From the NCBI GenBank assembly GCA_964559995.1, contig CAZLKK010000001.1:1-38521 (forward strand): a stretch of DNA of 38,521 nucleotides. Reading direction: 5' to 3'. This document shows positions 1 to 9,438 of this stretch, in pieces. Position numbers and translations under genes: made by a program. Origin of the DNA: an uncultured Chloroflexaceae bacterium (GTDB lineage: Bacteria; Chloroflexota; Chloroflexia; Chloroflexales; Chloroflexaceae). The notes below the pieces were generated by a model that saw only the letters and a list, made by a program, of their open reading frames with translations, searched no databases and was not told the origin of the DNA. Numbering within the stretch: the first letter of the stretch is position 1; the number at the start of each line of letters is the position of its first letter.

Positions 1-3000
1 GGCAACGTTTGCGCTGCGGCTAACTCGGCAGGCAACGTGTAGGAGTTCATCACCTGTACGCCCGACCCACCGGTTGTTGTCAGTTTGACCTGGACATCCG
101 TACCAAACAGCGTGGGGGATGTCTGCCCGTCCAGCATCTTTGGCTCAATCTGAACCACGTTAAGTTGTGCTGTCACGGGTTGGGTAAGGCTCTTTGTGCT
201 TGACCCAAGCGCATCCTCAAACTGGCCTAGCGTAATTTCGTAGGTTATCGGTGAGGTACCAACAAACCCAATTGATGCTTTGGGTGTGGCAGCGTTGTCT
301 TCAATCGTGACCGTTGCAGTCTGGGCTGTAGTATTGACGGTAGCTCGTGTTAGCCGAGTTGCCGGGTCATTGTTGAAGTTGACTCCAGTAACATTCTCCC
401 CGGTAAACAAGGGGTCTTGATTTGGCAATGGCTCACCTAGCACAATCTGCACATCCTCTGGCACTTCCTTAATGTTGTCATTCGCAATGGAAAGCGCAAC
501 ATTTTGCTGAGTTGTACCAGCGGGGAAGACCAATTCTGTCGTGTCCAGCGTATAGTCACTACCACTCGCATTGACTTCACTAGCAGTCACAGGAATCCTG
601 ATCTCTTCGGGGCTTGCTGCTGACAACTTGACCTGCAAGGTCTTGGTTGTTGCGCTGGTTGCGGTTGCGCCCGGTTCGCTTGCACTGTCGTCTACTTGTG
701 CAAAGCTCACGTTGGGACCATCGTTGTCGCCAATGGTAATCGTGAGGGCTTGGGTTTCCCCAAAACCAGAGCTAATGTCCATACAGAAGATTTGCCCATC
801 CACCTGGTCTATGGTGTCATCCAGGATGGTGACAGAAATTGCTGCGGTGCCAGAGATAGAGGTACTACCTGCTGCAATCGTCAAGTCCTGGTTGACCGCG
901 GTAAAGTCTGTCCCTGCCTTCGCCTGATAAGCCCCCTCGCCACACTCTCGCGTTGACAGGTTAATATCAAATTGGGTACTGCTAGGCTGGCTCAACTCTG
1001 GCGAAATCGTCACCCTACCAGACCCTTCAGAGACTGGCTTAGGCTGACGGGTGTTGAGCGTTGGGTTCGTGGTATTGGTATCGTAGCCAGCAAAGTAGAG
1101 GCGTGGCGGACCAACTTTGGCAATGAAGCCATCACCATTGTTGTAGGTATCATCAAAAGAGCCTTCGGTGATAGGGAAGCCGGTGTTAGACTGCGTTTCC
1201 CCTGCAATGAAGGCAAATGATTGGTTGCCAGAACCGAGCACGACAATATCGTTAGCCACGTCGGTACCATCACCACCAACAAAGACGCTGTAACTAAGCG
1301 TTTTTCCATCAGGATTGAACTTGGTAATGAAGGCATCACCACTTCCATTATTCTTTTCCTGCTGCGGAGTTAGCTCTTTGGTGGGGAAACTGGTTGCATC
1401 CGTATCGCTCCCTGAACTGCGTGTTTGCCCGGTCAAGTAGATGTTACTAGAATCATCAACAGCTATACCATGTGCTCTATCTTCCTGGGTGCCCCCAAAG
1501 AAGCTGCTAAAGTTAATTGTTCCATCGTTGTTGAGCTTGCTCACAAACGCATCAGTGCCACCATTGTTTGTGCTACGGAAGGAATCAGCACCAACACCGG
1601 AAAATGCGGTTGAATTGGTGTAGCCTGAAACGTAGATATTGCCGTCATTATCAACAGCGACACCAGTAGCTACATCGTTACCAACCCCACCCAGGTAGGT
1701 GCTAAGGGTGTAGGACAATTGCCCAGAAGCACTGATGATACGTGTGACAAACGCATCGGTGTTGTCGGTGTTGTCATCACCATTGAGCTTGTTGCCAACC
1801 ACTGGCTGAATTTTCAGGGCGGTAGTCATGCTGTTGGTCCAGGTGAAGATGTCAGTAGATTTGGTTTGACCCGCAAGGTAGATAACCGGATCACTCTTCA
1901 CTGCACTTTCAGCTGCTACTGCAACGCTATAGCTGATGTCATCACTGCTCCCACCGATGTAGGTGCTGTATTGCAAACTCTTACCGTGGGGACCAACACG
2001 GGTCAAGAAACCACTGGTTGTACCAGCAAAAGAGCTACCAGGAAGGGCATTATAAACTGGGAAGTCCGCTGATGCCGTTGAACCGGTAACGTAAGCATAT
2101 TCTAGGTCTTGACCTGCGTAAAATTTCCCTTCGCTGCTGGCGTATACGGCAATATCCAACCCCTCGTCTTTTGCTGAACCGCCCAAGTAGGAAGAATAGA
2201 CTAACCCATCTCCTTCAGGGGTGAGCTTGGCGACAAATGCATCCCCTGCTCCAGAGTTGGAAGCTTCGCCGTCTGCTTGTTCGTCAAGGATGTACCCATA
2301 GGCTGTTCCTGCTGGGTCCATAACAACACGGATACCGTCTGCTTTGGTACTGGTTGGAGATATAGGGAAGGACTTGGCAAAGATATTGTCTGAGGTGTCT
2401 GTACCGGCGATGATCTTGCGATATTCATCCTCATACATTGGAGAATCGGTAAAGCCGGTGATATAGACATTGCTATCTTTGCCTAGCGCAATTGCATTGG
2501 CATAGTCGTTCTTGTCGCCACCCATGTAGGTACTGTAGACGAGTTCATTAGAACGCACGTCTATCTTGCGGATGAAGATGTCTGTTGTCTGACCCACTTT
2601 GGATTGTCCCAAATAGTTGGGTAGTGGGTTAAGCGTAGCAAAATCGCTTGATTCTGTCCAACCTGTGACGTAGACGTAGCCATCTTTTTCATCCACAGCA
2701 AGCCCGGTAGCTGCATCACCAGAACCGCCGCCAACGTAGGTTGCGTAGGTGATGGCGGGGTCAATGATGAGGGCGTGGGCGGGGTTGTAGCTGCCGAGGG
2801 CAAAGCCCACGGTGCCGTTGGTCAGCGTGTAGTCTACGGCAACGGGTACCTGACTACCACCGATGTTCTGCCATGCAATGGGGGCTTCTTCAACCAGCGG
2901 GGTTGAGGTGCCTGCCAGCCCAATGTGCAGATTGCCGCTTGCCTTATCAATGCTCACGCCGGTTGCGCCAGCGTAGCTCCAGCGAATGTTGGCGGGGTTT

Positions 3001-3620
3001 GCGCCTGCGGCAACAGTGTAGGTGCTCTTGAGCGTGCCTGCCGTGCCATCGTAGCGCAGGTTGATACCGGGATAGATGGACTCATAGGTGATGCTGCCAT
3101 AGTTGGCAACGTTGGTAATCCACTGTGAGGAATCACTCCCGTACAGGTAGTTGCTAACGCCGCCCTGCTTGTCAACACCACTGACAGCTACATCAGCACT
3201 GCTGCCGTGAAACTGCATACGGACAGCGGTAGCACCAGCATTGCCGCTGTCAGCAGACAACTGAGCAGCTGTTGTTGGCAGTGACATCACCACTTCATTA
3301 TTGGCGAAGTAGACCACACCGCCCATGGTGTGTGCCTGGAAGTGGACGGCGGTATCGCTCTGTCCTGCGTTGGCGACAAATGCCACCGGGAGACGCTCCA
3401 GAGCAGGGATGTCCACTGCGGGGACACCAGCTTCCTGGGCAGTCGGCACAGTGACAGGCTGTGCTGGTTGTGCGGGTAGTGTTGGGAGTCCAATATGCTG
3501 CTGGTTGAGTGTCGCAGCAAAGGGAAGGGTACTGACCACCATCACCATTGCGAGAAACATAGCCAACCAACGAAATGATGGGGTAGTAAACGAACGTGTA
3601 TGTCCAAAGTGAGCGTACAT
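1..3620 (-). CDS. Secreted SBBP beta-propeller repeat protein with Calx-beta-like C-terminal domains; the 3' end lies beyond the left edge of the window
   Basis: Absent from the ORF track because it has no stop in the window. The minus-strand frame opens at ATG 3620..3618, directly preceded by an in-frame TGA, with GGAGG 5 nt upstream. No track ORF occupies this frame between 1 and 3620, which fits it staying open throughout. I hand-translated roughly the first 390 codons and spot-checked 960..900. The N-terminus MYAHFGHTRSFTTPSFRWLAMFLAMVMVVSTLPFA looks like a signal or anchor. It is followed by LPVAFVANAGQSD..VHFQAH, repeated YSTY(L/M/I)GG..D.A.(G/A)IAVD..GN.Y(V/I)TG.T.S.DF units (SBBP-like), and GTDFTAVNQDLTIAAGSTS..VTILDDTIDQVDGQIF plus GSDYTLDTTELVFPAGTTQQNV (Calx-beta-like). 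Confidence 0.8.
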   Translation of the reverse strand, partial: MYAHFGHTRSFTTPSFRWLAMFLAMVMVVSTLPFAATLNQQHIGLPTLPAQPAQPVTVPTAQEAGVPAVDIPALERLPVAFVANAGQSDTAVHFQAHTMGGVVYFANNEVVMSLPTTAAQLSADSGNAGATAVRMQFHGSSADVAVSGVDKQGGVSNYLYGSDSSQWITNVANYGSITYESIYPGINLRYDGTAGTLKSTYTVAAGANPANIRWSYAGATGVSIDKASGNLHIGLAGTSTPLVEEAPIAWQNIGGSQVPVAVDYTLTNGTVGFALGSYNPAHALIIDPAITYATYVGGGSGDAATGLAVDEKDGYVYVTGWTESSDFATLNPLPNYLGQSKVGQTTDIFIRKIDVRSNELVYSTYMGGDKNDYANAIALGKDSNVYITGFTDSPMYEDEYRKIIAGTDTSDNIFAKSFPISPTSTKADGIRVVMDPAGTAYGYILDEQADGEASNSGAGDAFVAKLTPEGDGLVYSSYLGGSAKDEGLDIAVYASSEGKFYAGQDLEYAYVTGSTASADFPVYNALPGSSFAGTTSGFLTRVGPHGKSLQYSTYIGGSSDDISYSVAVAAESAVKSDPVIYLAGQTKSTDIFTWTNSMTTALKIQPVVGNKLNGDDNTDNTDAFVTRIISASGQLSYTLSTYLGGVGNDVATGVAVDNDGNIYVSGYTNSTAFSGVGADSFRSTNNGGTDAFVSKLNNDGTINFSSFFGGTQEDRAHGIAVDDSSNIYLTGQTRSSGSDTDATSFPTKELTPQQEKNNGSGDAFITKFNPDGKTLSYSVFVGGDGTDVANDIVVLGSGNQSFAFIAGETQSNTGFPITEGSFDDTYNNGDGFIAKVGPPRLYFAGYDTNTTNPTLNTRQPKPVSEGSGRVTISPELSQPSSTQFDINLSTRECGEGAYQAKAGTDFTAVNQDLTIAAGSTSISGTAAISVTILDDTIDQVDGQIFCMDISSGFGETQALTITIGDNDGPNVSFAQVDDSASEPGATATSATTKTLQVKLSAASPEEIRIPVTASEVNASGSDYTLDTTELVFPAGTTQQNVALSIANDNIKEVPEDVQIVLGEPLPNQDPLFTGENVTGVNFNNDPATRLTRATVNTTAQTATVTIEDNAATPKASIGFVGTSPITYEITLGQFEDALGSSTKSLTQPVTAQLNVVQIEPKMLDGQTSPTLFGTDVQVKLTTTGGSGVQVMNSYTLPAELAAAQTL

Positions 3621-4080
3621 TCAAACCTCCTAAAAGAGTTCAAGTTTTGTGTGCGAAAAACCTGTGGTTTCAGCTGTCAAAAACACAGTTCGATTTGTCC
3701 GTCACATAGGGAAACGAACAAAGAGCATACATGTTACAGATTTTTGTTAAAAGTTGTCCATACATCCCTCACCGTTTGCGGGTGATGAGTAGATAAACGC
3801 CTCCCTTCTTGCCTGTTGAGATTCCGTAGCCACACATTAGGAGGGCAGGGGAGAGGTTGACATTCCCCATACCCCATCTTGTTTACGAGGGTGAAATATA
3901 TTGTTACCAGTTGTTTCCAACTATCTACCCTGTTGCCCAAAGACAGCACACGAAAACGGAACTGCCTTGTAGCTAGTAGACGGGGGAATAGTAGCAGATA
4001 ATAGCTCTGTTGTCAATGGTATAGACGGCTTTTTCTTGATTGCTAAGGGGGAAAAAGGGGGGACTTGTCTCGTTGTTTAT

Positions 4081-7000
4081 CTATGGCAAGGGTTTTGCTT
4101 GAGAGAGACGGCAGATAGTGGTATAAGGGCAACTGCTGCTGCACGTATCCTGGGGAAGCGGCGGAAATATTCCGCTGCGTACCTTATTCAACACTACCCC
4201 CGCTTGCTGCTGCAATGCAGCGATTGCCTCATTGCGGTTGTCGGTGGTCAACGGTGAGCTATATTTGCCACCGCCCAGGTGAAAGAACGCCGCTCGCCCC
4301 ACCTGCTGGTGCTGCATAAGCAACGTTTCTACTGCGAGCAGATAGACGGAAAGCTGAACATCAATTCCCTTGAGCGTCTCTTTGAGCGGACGGGGGCTAC
4401 TGCTGCTCTTGTAATCCAACACCGCCAACGAGCCATCGGGGTGTTGGTCTATGCGGTCTATACGCCCAATAACTAGCATATCGCCAGCATGGGTGGGTAG
4501 TTTGAGGGGAGATGTGCTCTGTGACGTGCCAAAGGGTTGCTCAACAGCTATTGGGCGATAGTCTGACCAAGCACTCTGCTGCTGAATAGACCGGCGTATG
4601 GCACGGGTGAGGCGGCGGCGTATATCGCCCTGCTCCCACTCCCAGAAGGGACCAGGGGCAAAGCCATAGGACGTGGGGGCATTGGCAAGGATAGTGTCCA
4701 TTGCCTGCCCCAATGCCGCCATAATAGGTTGCTCATTATCGCTGGTGAGGGTTAGCTGTTGGGCTATCCATTGCTTGCCAGCAAGGGACAGAATATCATG
4801 GTAGATACGTCCCCGCTCGGCACTCTCTAGCCCCTCTTCTGGCTCCATACGCGATTGAAGTCGTAGGATATGGGCTGCAACAAAGCGGAAGGGGCAGTCG
4901 GTGTAGGTATTGATTTGGGTGACGCTCCAGAGGTGTGCAGCATTGAACCGCTGGTTGAGATACTCGATAATGTCCGTGTTCGTTGGGGAAATGATCCCCT
5001 CAAACGGCCCGTAGGTTGCATGCTCGCCTTGCAGGGATTCGCGCTGATACTCAACAGCCCTCGTGCGCCACGTATGCCTAAGCAGCGGGGTAAGGTGCTG
5101 CCAACTGTTGGGCAGGGTTGGGAGTTGATCCTGCTGCCCCTGCTGCTCCCCCGTTTGTAATTCTGCCTGCCCATCTGTCAGCAGGGCAATGAGTACTTCT
5201 TGGTCTGATGCAGCCTCTTCCAACGTAGGGGTGCTACCAGCACTCGCCACAATATGGTTGACACTCTCTGGTTGCAGCAGACTAAGCAATGAGGCGAGGT
5301 AGGGGGACGGTGGCAAGGGATTACCGCGTTCGTCTAGGTAGGTACGCGCAAGCGTCAAGCTGCGCCGGGCGCGGGTAATCGCTTCATAGAACAGGGTACG
5401 CTCATCTGCCGCATCCGGTGGCGGTAGGACAATACCCCGCTGTGCCAACAACGCCCGCTCGCGGCGGCTATAGATGGTCGGGGTAGGGGCAGCTTGGGGA
5501 AATTCGCTCTCCGCTATCCCCAAGATGATAACGTGTTCATAGTGTTGTCCACGAGCAGCATGCACCGGGAGCACCGGGAGAGCACCGGGCGTTGGGGGAG
5601 ATTGTCCATAGGAGCTATTCGCAAGGGCAGCGGTGATCTCACTGATGAACGTGGTATAGGGGACAGGCGGCTCATGGAGATGGTCGGCAGCATCGGCGAG
5701 AGTCTTGAGTACCTTTTGCCATTCGTTGGAGATAGCTGTTGCTTTGTCACTTGCGCTCGTTGGAGCAATACGCGCTTGCACCCACGCACAGTAGTCTGCA
5801 ATTGTCGCCGTTTTTGGTGGGGTAAGCCATGCGTCAAACGCTTGGAGTTGGTCTAGCAATGGCGCACTAGACTCCGGCGGGATAGGCGGCGGGGTCATAG
5901 GGTCGGCGGGAATAGGGGCAGAGGCTATCATCTTGACCCCCTTCTGGAGTTGGTGCATACCGCCAGTGATACCATAGCGGCGGGCGATGAGGTCAAGCAA
6001 GGTGGCAGCCCGTTGGGTCTCCTTCGGGTCGCCAAACGTGGCGTTGCATGGAGCGGATACCAACGCCACCCGACCATCGGCTATGCTGCGCCATGTTTCC
6101 ACCAGCGAGCGGCGGGGGTAGTTTTCTAGCGGCAGCCGCAGCAACATCAGCGTTGCGATGATAGCGGGGGCTTCAGTCAGCGGTATGCCATCGTGCATTG
6201 CCAACGATAGCCTATACTCGGCGGCGACTTCACGCAGCAGCGGCGGGTATGTGCCAGGAGCACGGTAGATAATAGCGATGTCGTGTGGCGATAGGGTGTC
6301 ATCCTCATTGAGCAGGTGACGAGCATGGCGCAGCGCAGCACGAACTTCTCGCTCGCGGTCTGCTGCTGCAATGGTGCAGACTGCCCCGGCAGCATCTACC
6401 GGTGTTGGAGAGTCTAGGTCAAACAGGTATGCGGCTACTGTTGCCAGTGGGGGGGCAGGCGTGGTTTCTGGTGGCAGAGGGGTATAGGATGTACTCGTGG
6501 TCACATGAACAGGCGGGTCTAGGTGCAAGTAGCCGGTTAGCTGTTGTCGTGTTCGCTCGAAACGGCGATGGGCAGGATGGGGGGGGGTAGCCCCGGTAAG
6601 GGTCATGACCGTCTGGTTGGCACAGTGGGTCAGGCGGGACACCAGCGCAAGTTGTAGCGGCGTAAACTGGTCAAAGCCATCTACAATAACCAGGTCTATG
6701 CTCCCCAAAAGCGATGGGTTAGCCGTGAGCGCATCATAGGCAAGCCGTAGCCATTTGCCACCGTCTGCTACCTGATAGGTGTCTAGCGTGGCGAGATAGT
6801 GGGTGTAGATGGTATCCAACTCGGCATCGTAGGGGGTAATCTGGGCTTGCTTGAGGGTACCGGGGACAACACAAGCATGCTGCGCTTCAGCAATGAACGC
6901 AGCGATAGTTGCCAGAAACCCTGACTTCTCGACAATTGGCGCATAGATAGGCAGGAGTCCCTGGGATGCCAAGTTTTTGAGCAGAGTACGCAGCAGCATA

Positions 7001-7266
7001 GTCTGCATTGGGCTGGTGAGATGAGCTCGTTTCTGTTTTGCATGGTACAAAATCGTCTCAGCAAGGGTGAGAAACTGATAGACTGAGCCTTTGGATAGCT
7101 TGTCTTCAAATGTTCGTCCCTGGAGTTTATCGGGGACAAGCACATATGCTCTACCCGATTGTATCTGGCGGAGGAGCGTTTGTATGGTGGTTGTTTTGCC
7201 GCACCCGGCACTGCCAATAAGCAGCGTTGTGTTGTGGGCAGGCGGCACATTCAACGGATGTTGCAC
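4081..7266 (-). CDS. AddB/RexB-like helicase-nuclease subunit: N-terminal P-loop ATPase plus C-terminal PD-(D/E)XK nuclease with Fe-S type cysteines
   Basis: 1061-aa ORF with a GTG start and GGGGA 5 nt upstream. Walker A GSAGCGKTT lies near residue 18, with a Walker B-like DLVIVDGFDQF. The C-terminus carries CPFRFVAAHIL ... GRIDRIDQHPDGSLAVLDYKSS ... QLSVYLLA ... CSSSCPYTTIC. This is a RecB-family nuclease core flanked by 1+3 cysteines, as in AddB. Confidence 0.75.
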   Translation of the reverse strand: MQHPLNVPPAHNTTLLIGSAGCGKTTTIQTLLRQIQSGRAYVLVPDKLQGRTFEDKLSKGSVYQFLTLAETILYHAKQKRAHLTSPMQTMLLRTLLKNLASQGLLPIYAPIVEKSGFLATIAAFIAEAQHACVVPGTLKQAQITPYDAELDTIYTHYLATLDTYQVADGGKWLRLAYDALTANPSLLGSIDLVIVDGFDQFTPLQLALVSRLTHCANQTVMTLTGATPPHPAHRRFERTRQQLTGYLHLDPPVHVTTSTSYTPLPPETTPAPPLATVAAYLFDLDSPTPVDAAGAVCTIAAADREREVRAALRHARHLLNEDDTLSPHDIAIIYRAPGTYPPLLREVAAEYRLSLAMHDGIPLTEAPAIIATLMLLRLPLENYPRRSLVETWRSIADGRVALVSAPCNATFGDPKETQRAATLLDLIARRYGITGGMHQLQKGVKMIASAPIPADPMTPPPIPPESSAPLLDQLQAFDAWLTPPKTATIADYCAWVQARIAPTSASDKATAISNEWQKVLKTLADAADHLHEPPVPYTTFISEITAALANSSYGQSPPTPGALPVLPVHAARGQHYEHVIILGIAESEFPQAAPTPTIYSRRERALLAQRGIVLPPPDAADERTLFYEAITRARRSLTLARTYLDERGNPLPPSPYLASLLSLLQPESVNHIVASAGSTPTLEEAASDQEVLIALLTDGQAELQTGEQQGQQDQLPTLPNSWQHLTPLLRHTWRTRAVEYQRESLQGEHATYGPFEGIISPTNTDIIEYLNQRFNAAHLWSVTQINTYTDCPFRFVAAHILRLQSRMEPEEGLESAERGRIYHDILSLAGKQWIAQQLTLTSDNEQPIMAALGQAMDTILANAPTSYGFAPGPFWEWEQGDIRRRLTRAIRRSIQQQSAWSDYRPIAVEQPFGTSQSTSPLKLPTHAGDMLVIGRIDRIDQHPDGSLAVLDYKSSSSPRPLKETLKGIDVQLSVYLLAVETLLMQHQQVGRAAFFHLGGGKYSSPLTTDNRNEAIAALQQQAGVVLNKVRSGIFPPLPQDTCSSSCPYTTICRLSQAKPLP

Positions 7267-7357
7267 AGGTTCCCCTTGTCAGATATTCATAAAGATACGG
7301 GAGAGATGAAAGGATTATACGACAAGCACCCGTGGGGCTTCCCTTCATCCCCCATTG

Positions 7358-8614
7358 TTATGAACCAAATAACACCCGATCCCCGGTATCTACGATGTGG
7401 ACAATGACATTCTCGACAGTCTGCTCCCGTCCAATCAGCGAGAAGGTCTGGATGTCAAGCCTATGCTCTAGCCCGGCGGGGTCGGAGTAGGTTTCCGTCG
7501 AACTTCGCGCACAGCCATCTGCCATTGTTTCCATAGCCAGTTTGCCTGGGAAGGGGGGCGATGTCCGATGGCAAATTTCATCCCAGGGTTCATACATGAT
7601 TTCATCTGGGGTAGAGCCAAAGAGCCGGGCCATTGCCTGGTTGACCGTCAAGACCAACCCCTCGCCATCCAACAACGCGAGACCATCGTCTAGCCCATCA
7701 AAGAGAATACGAAACATATCGCGGCTATGGCGCAGGTCTTCGTTCAGTTCTTTGAGACTAGCATAGGCAGTTTTGATAGATTCTTCTGCCCATTTGCGTT
7801 CGGTGATGTCCCGAACGATAATTTGCATAGCCGGCTTGTTTTCCCATTCAAAGTGTCCCGCGTGTATCTCCACGGGGAAGGGTTCGCCCCCAACGCTTTT
7901 GTAGGTAATAGAAGTAAAGGGGGGATTGACTGCTTGGATTTCTACCGGCGTAAGATCGCCATTGATCCGCACAAAAACGGTCTCCAATCGGGCAACGTGT
8001 GCGGCATCGGAGATGACATTGCTCAAACACGAGGAGTAGTAATCTACTTGCTCTGAAGCAATGAAGGAGAGCATATTTTTGTTGACGATGGTTTCGGCAT
8101 CTTGCGCCCCAAGCATTTTGAGCAAAGCGGGGTTTGCCAGCCGGATAATCCCCTCGGCATCCACAATCATGACCCCATCGGGGGCAAGTTCGGTGATACG
8201 CTCAAATTTTGCTCGCTCTACCATCAGGCGGCGGTAACGGTTGAGTTTGATGGTCGTACGCACCCGCGCCTGGAGTTCTACCGGGTCTATGGGCTTGGAG
8301 ATGAAATCATCTGCTCCCACCTCGATGCCGCGCAACCGCGACTCCCGATCATCAAGAGCCGTAACCATAATGATTGGCACCTCGGCGAGCAGATCATCAG
8401 CACGGAGCCGGCGACACACCTCGAAGCCATCCATAATGGGCATCATCACATCGAGCAGGATGAGGTCCGGGGTTAGCTCTTTTGCCTTGTTGATAGCTTC
8501 TTCACCGTTGCTTGCGAGTGCCAGAGTATAGTCTGGAGAGGTCAAGAGTCCCTCCAGCGTTTTGCTCATAAAGAGTTCGTCATCTACAATAAGGATAGTG
8601 CTTTTATGCTTCAT
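7358..8614 (-). CDS. Response regulator: receiver domain followed by two PAS-like domains, with no recognisable output domain
   Basis: 418 aa, ATG start with GGGGGAAAGG upstream. Receiver signature: ILIVDDE ... DLILLDVMMPIMDG ... ADDFISKP. PAS-like segments follow: ITELAPDGVMIVDAEGIIRLANPALLKMLG and FRILFDGLDDGLALLDGEGLVLTVNQAMARLFG. Confidence 0.85.
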   Translation of the reverse strand: MKHKSTILIVDDELFMSKTLEGLLTSPDYTLALASNGEEAINKAKELTPDLILLDVMMPIMDGFEVCRRLRADDLLAEVPIIMVTALDDRESRLRGIEVGADDFISKPIDPVELQARVRTTIKLNRYRRLMVERAKFERITELAPDGVMIVDAEGIIRLANPALLKMLGAQDAETIVNKNMLSFIASEQVDYYSSCLSNVISDAAHVARLETVFVRINGDLTPVEIQAVNPPFTSITYKSVGGEPFPVEIHAGHFEWENKPAMQIIVRDITERKWAEESIKTAYASLKELNEDLRHSRDMFRILFDGLDDGLALLDGEGLVLTVNQAMARLFGSTPDEIMYEPWDEICHRTSPPFPGKLAMETMADGCARSSTETYSDPAGLEHRLDIQTFSLIGREQTVENVIVHIVDTGDRVLFGS

Positions 8615-8752
8615 ACCTTTCCCCCTACTTGAGCGTCATTTCTTCTATTGGAGAGCCTGCTTGTATTATCGTGCATATGGTTTTGTCCCTGTCTACCTGT
8701 TCAAGACTCCTCAGCACTGTTTTTTAGTCCTATGAAAACACTGCATACTGCT

Positions 8753-8761
8753 ATTGTAGCA
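8753..8761 (-). promoter_or_regulatory. Putative extended -10 promoter box TGCTACAAT for the response-regulator gene
   Basis: The plus strand reads ATTGTAGCA, so the minus strand reads TGCTACAAT (TGnTAYAAT pattern). It lies 139 nt upstream of ATG 8614 in intergenic DNA. Confidence 0.35.
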
Positions 8762-8900
8762 TGGGGATGATGATTTCGTGAAATTTTACCCCTGTTAGTT
8801 GCGGCTCATGATCCAAAATAGCTTGTCCAGTTTTGTTGGGTTTGTGCCTGTTATCATCATGCAGGGTAGGGTCAAAGTCCCTTTTGCCCCTAGTCCCTAG

Positions 8901-8990
8901 CCCTTCCCCCACCGAGAGGGGATGGGTATATTCGGCTCCCCCTTGCCCTAAAATGGGAGCGGCGACAGGGGGAGAGGAAGCAAAAAAGGG
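8901..8990 (-). repeat. ~90-nt G/C-rich structured intergenic repeat element, copy A (minus orientation)
   Basis: Its reverse complement reads CCCTTTTTTGCTTCCTCTCCCCCTGTCGCCGCTCCCATTTTAGGGCAAGGGGGAGCCGAATATACCCATCCCCTCTCGGTGGGGGAAGGG. This aligns block for block with copy B at 9305..9394: T-run, TCTCCCCC(C)TG.C.CCGCTCCCA, CAAGGGGGAGCCG, TCTC, GGGGAA. Confidence 0.7.
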
Positions 8991-9304
8991 CTATAATATT
9001 TAGCTTTGTGCGCCTTTGCTATGACCCGCATAATCCTGGTTCGCTTCCCTACGCTATCACGGGATGAGTCTGGTCAACATCGGTTTGCTCGCACAAGCCC
9101 AAGACGGAAACGGCTTGGGTCATTGACTCCCTCTATATAAACGAACACGTCCTGCATAATTTCTCCAGGATACCCTCTTCTTATGATAGCATCTCTTGGC
9201 TAAAATCGCCACATTGCAATGAGGAGAAAATAGGATTATGGCAAAGTCTAAGTTGCTCCCTAACCCCTGCCCCCGCTCCTTTCAAGGGTAGGTCAAATGG
9301 GCAA

Positions 9305-9394
9305 TTTTTTTATTTCCCTCTCCCCCCTGCCCCCGCTCCCAGAGGACAAGGGGGAGCCGTCCGATCTTCCCTTCTCCCGCTTGCGGGGAAAAAG
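9305..9394 (+). repeat. ~90-nt G/C-rich structured intergenic repeat element, copy B (plus orientation), with an extra partial core at 9264..9279
   Basis: Sequence: TTTTTTTATTTCCCTCTCCCCCCTGCCCCCGCTCCCAGAGGACAAGGGGGAGCCGTCCGATCTTCCCTTCTCCCGCTTGCGGGGAAAAAG. The core CCCCTGCCCCCGCTCC is repeated at 9264..9279. Related copies occur at 31347..31420 and 37317..37517. Confidence 0.7.
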
Positions 9395-9429
9395 TAGGGA
9401 TAGGGGCTGACCGGATATTGACACAGCCC

Positions 9430-9438
9430 TGGTATAAT
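9430..9438 (+). promoter_or_regulatory. Putative extended -10 promoter box TGGTATAAT for the SDR gene
   Basis: Exact TGGTATAAT ends 48 nt before ATG 9487. The same 9-mer recurs at 16397..16405 and 20778..20786, both on the minus strand. Confidence 0.45.

Noticed and set aside
4008-4025. Plus-strand TGGTATAGA box suggesting an antisense or sRNA promoter facing the 3' end of the AddB-like gene
   Set aside because: The last position of the hexamer is A rather than the near-invariant T. There is no downstream plus-strand feature and no terminator.
3621-4080. Possible small genes (track ORFs 3600..3785 plus, 3734..3949 minus) or a riboswitch in the 460-nt spacer upstream of the SBBP gene
   Set aside because: The ORFs have no RBS or motifs, and I could not recognise any conserved riboswitch core. 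This is most likely a promoter/5' UTR region, which cannot be resolved by eye.
9035-9052. tRNA T-arm-like string GGTTCGCTTCC
   Set aside because: There is no complementary stem (CCTGG is not followed by CCAGG), and no acceptor or anticodon arms can be drawn around it.
9074-9157. 27-aa minus-strand sORF (MQDVFVYIEGVNDPSRFRLGLVRANRC) with GGAGA 4 nt upstream, inside the repeat-bracketed core
   Set aside because: The RBS is good, but the ORF is very short, has no recognisable family and has no paralog in the window. It cannot be distinguished from chance without conservation or ribosome-profiling data.
9418-9423. TTGACA as a -35 box for the SDR promoter
   Set aside because: It lies only 9 nt from the TATAAT hexamer, too close for a -35/-10 pair. 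The TG-extended -10 is the better explanation.
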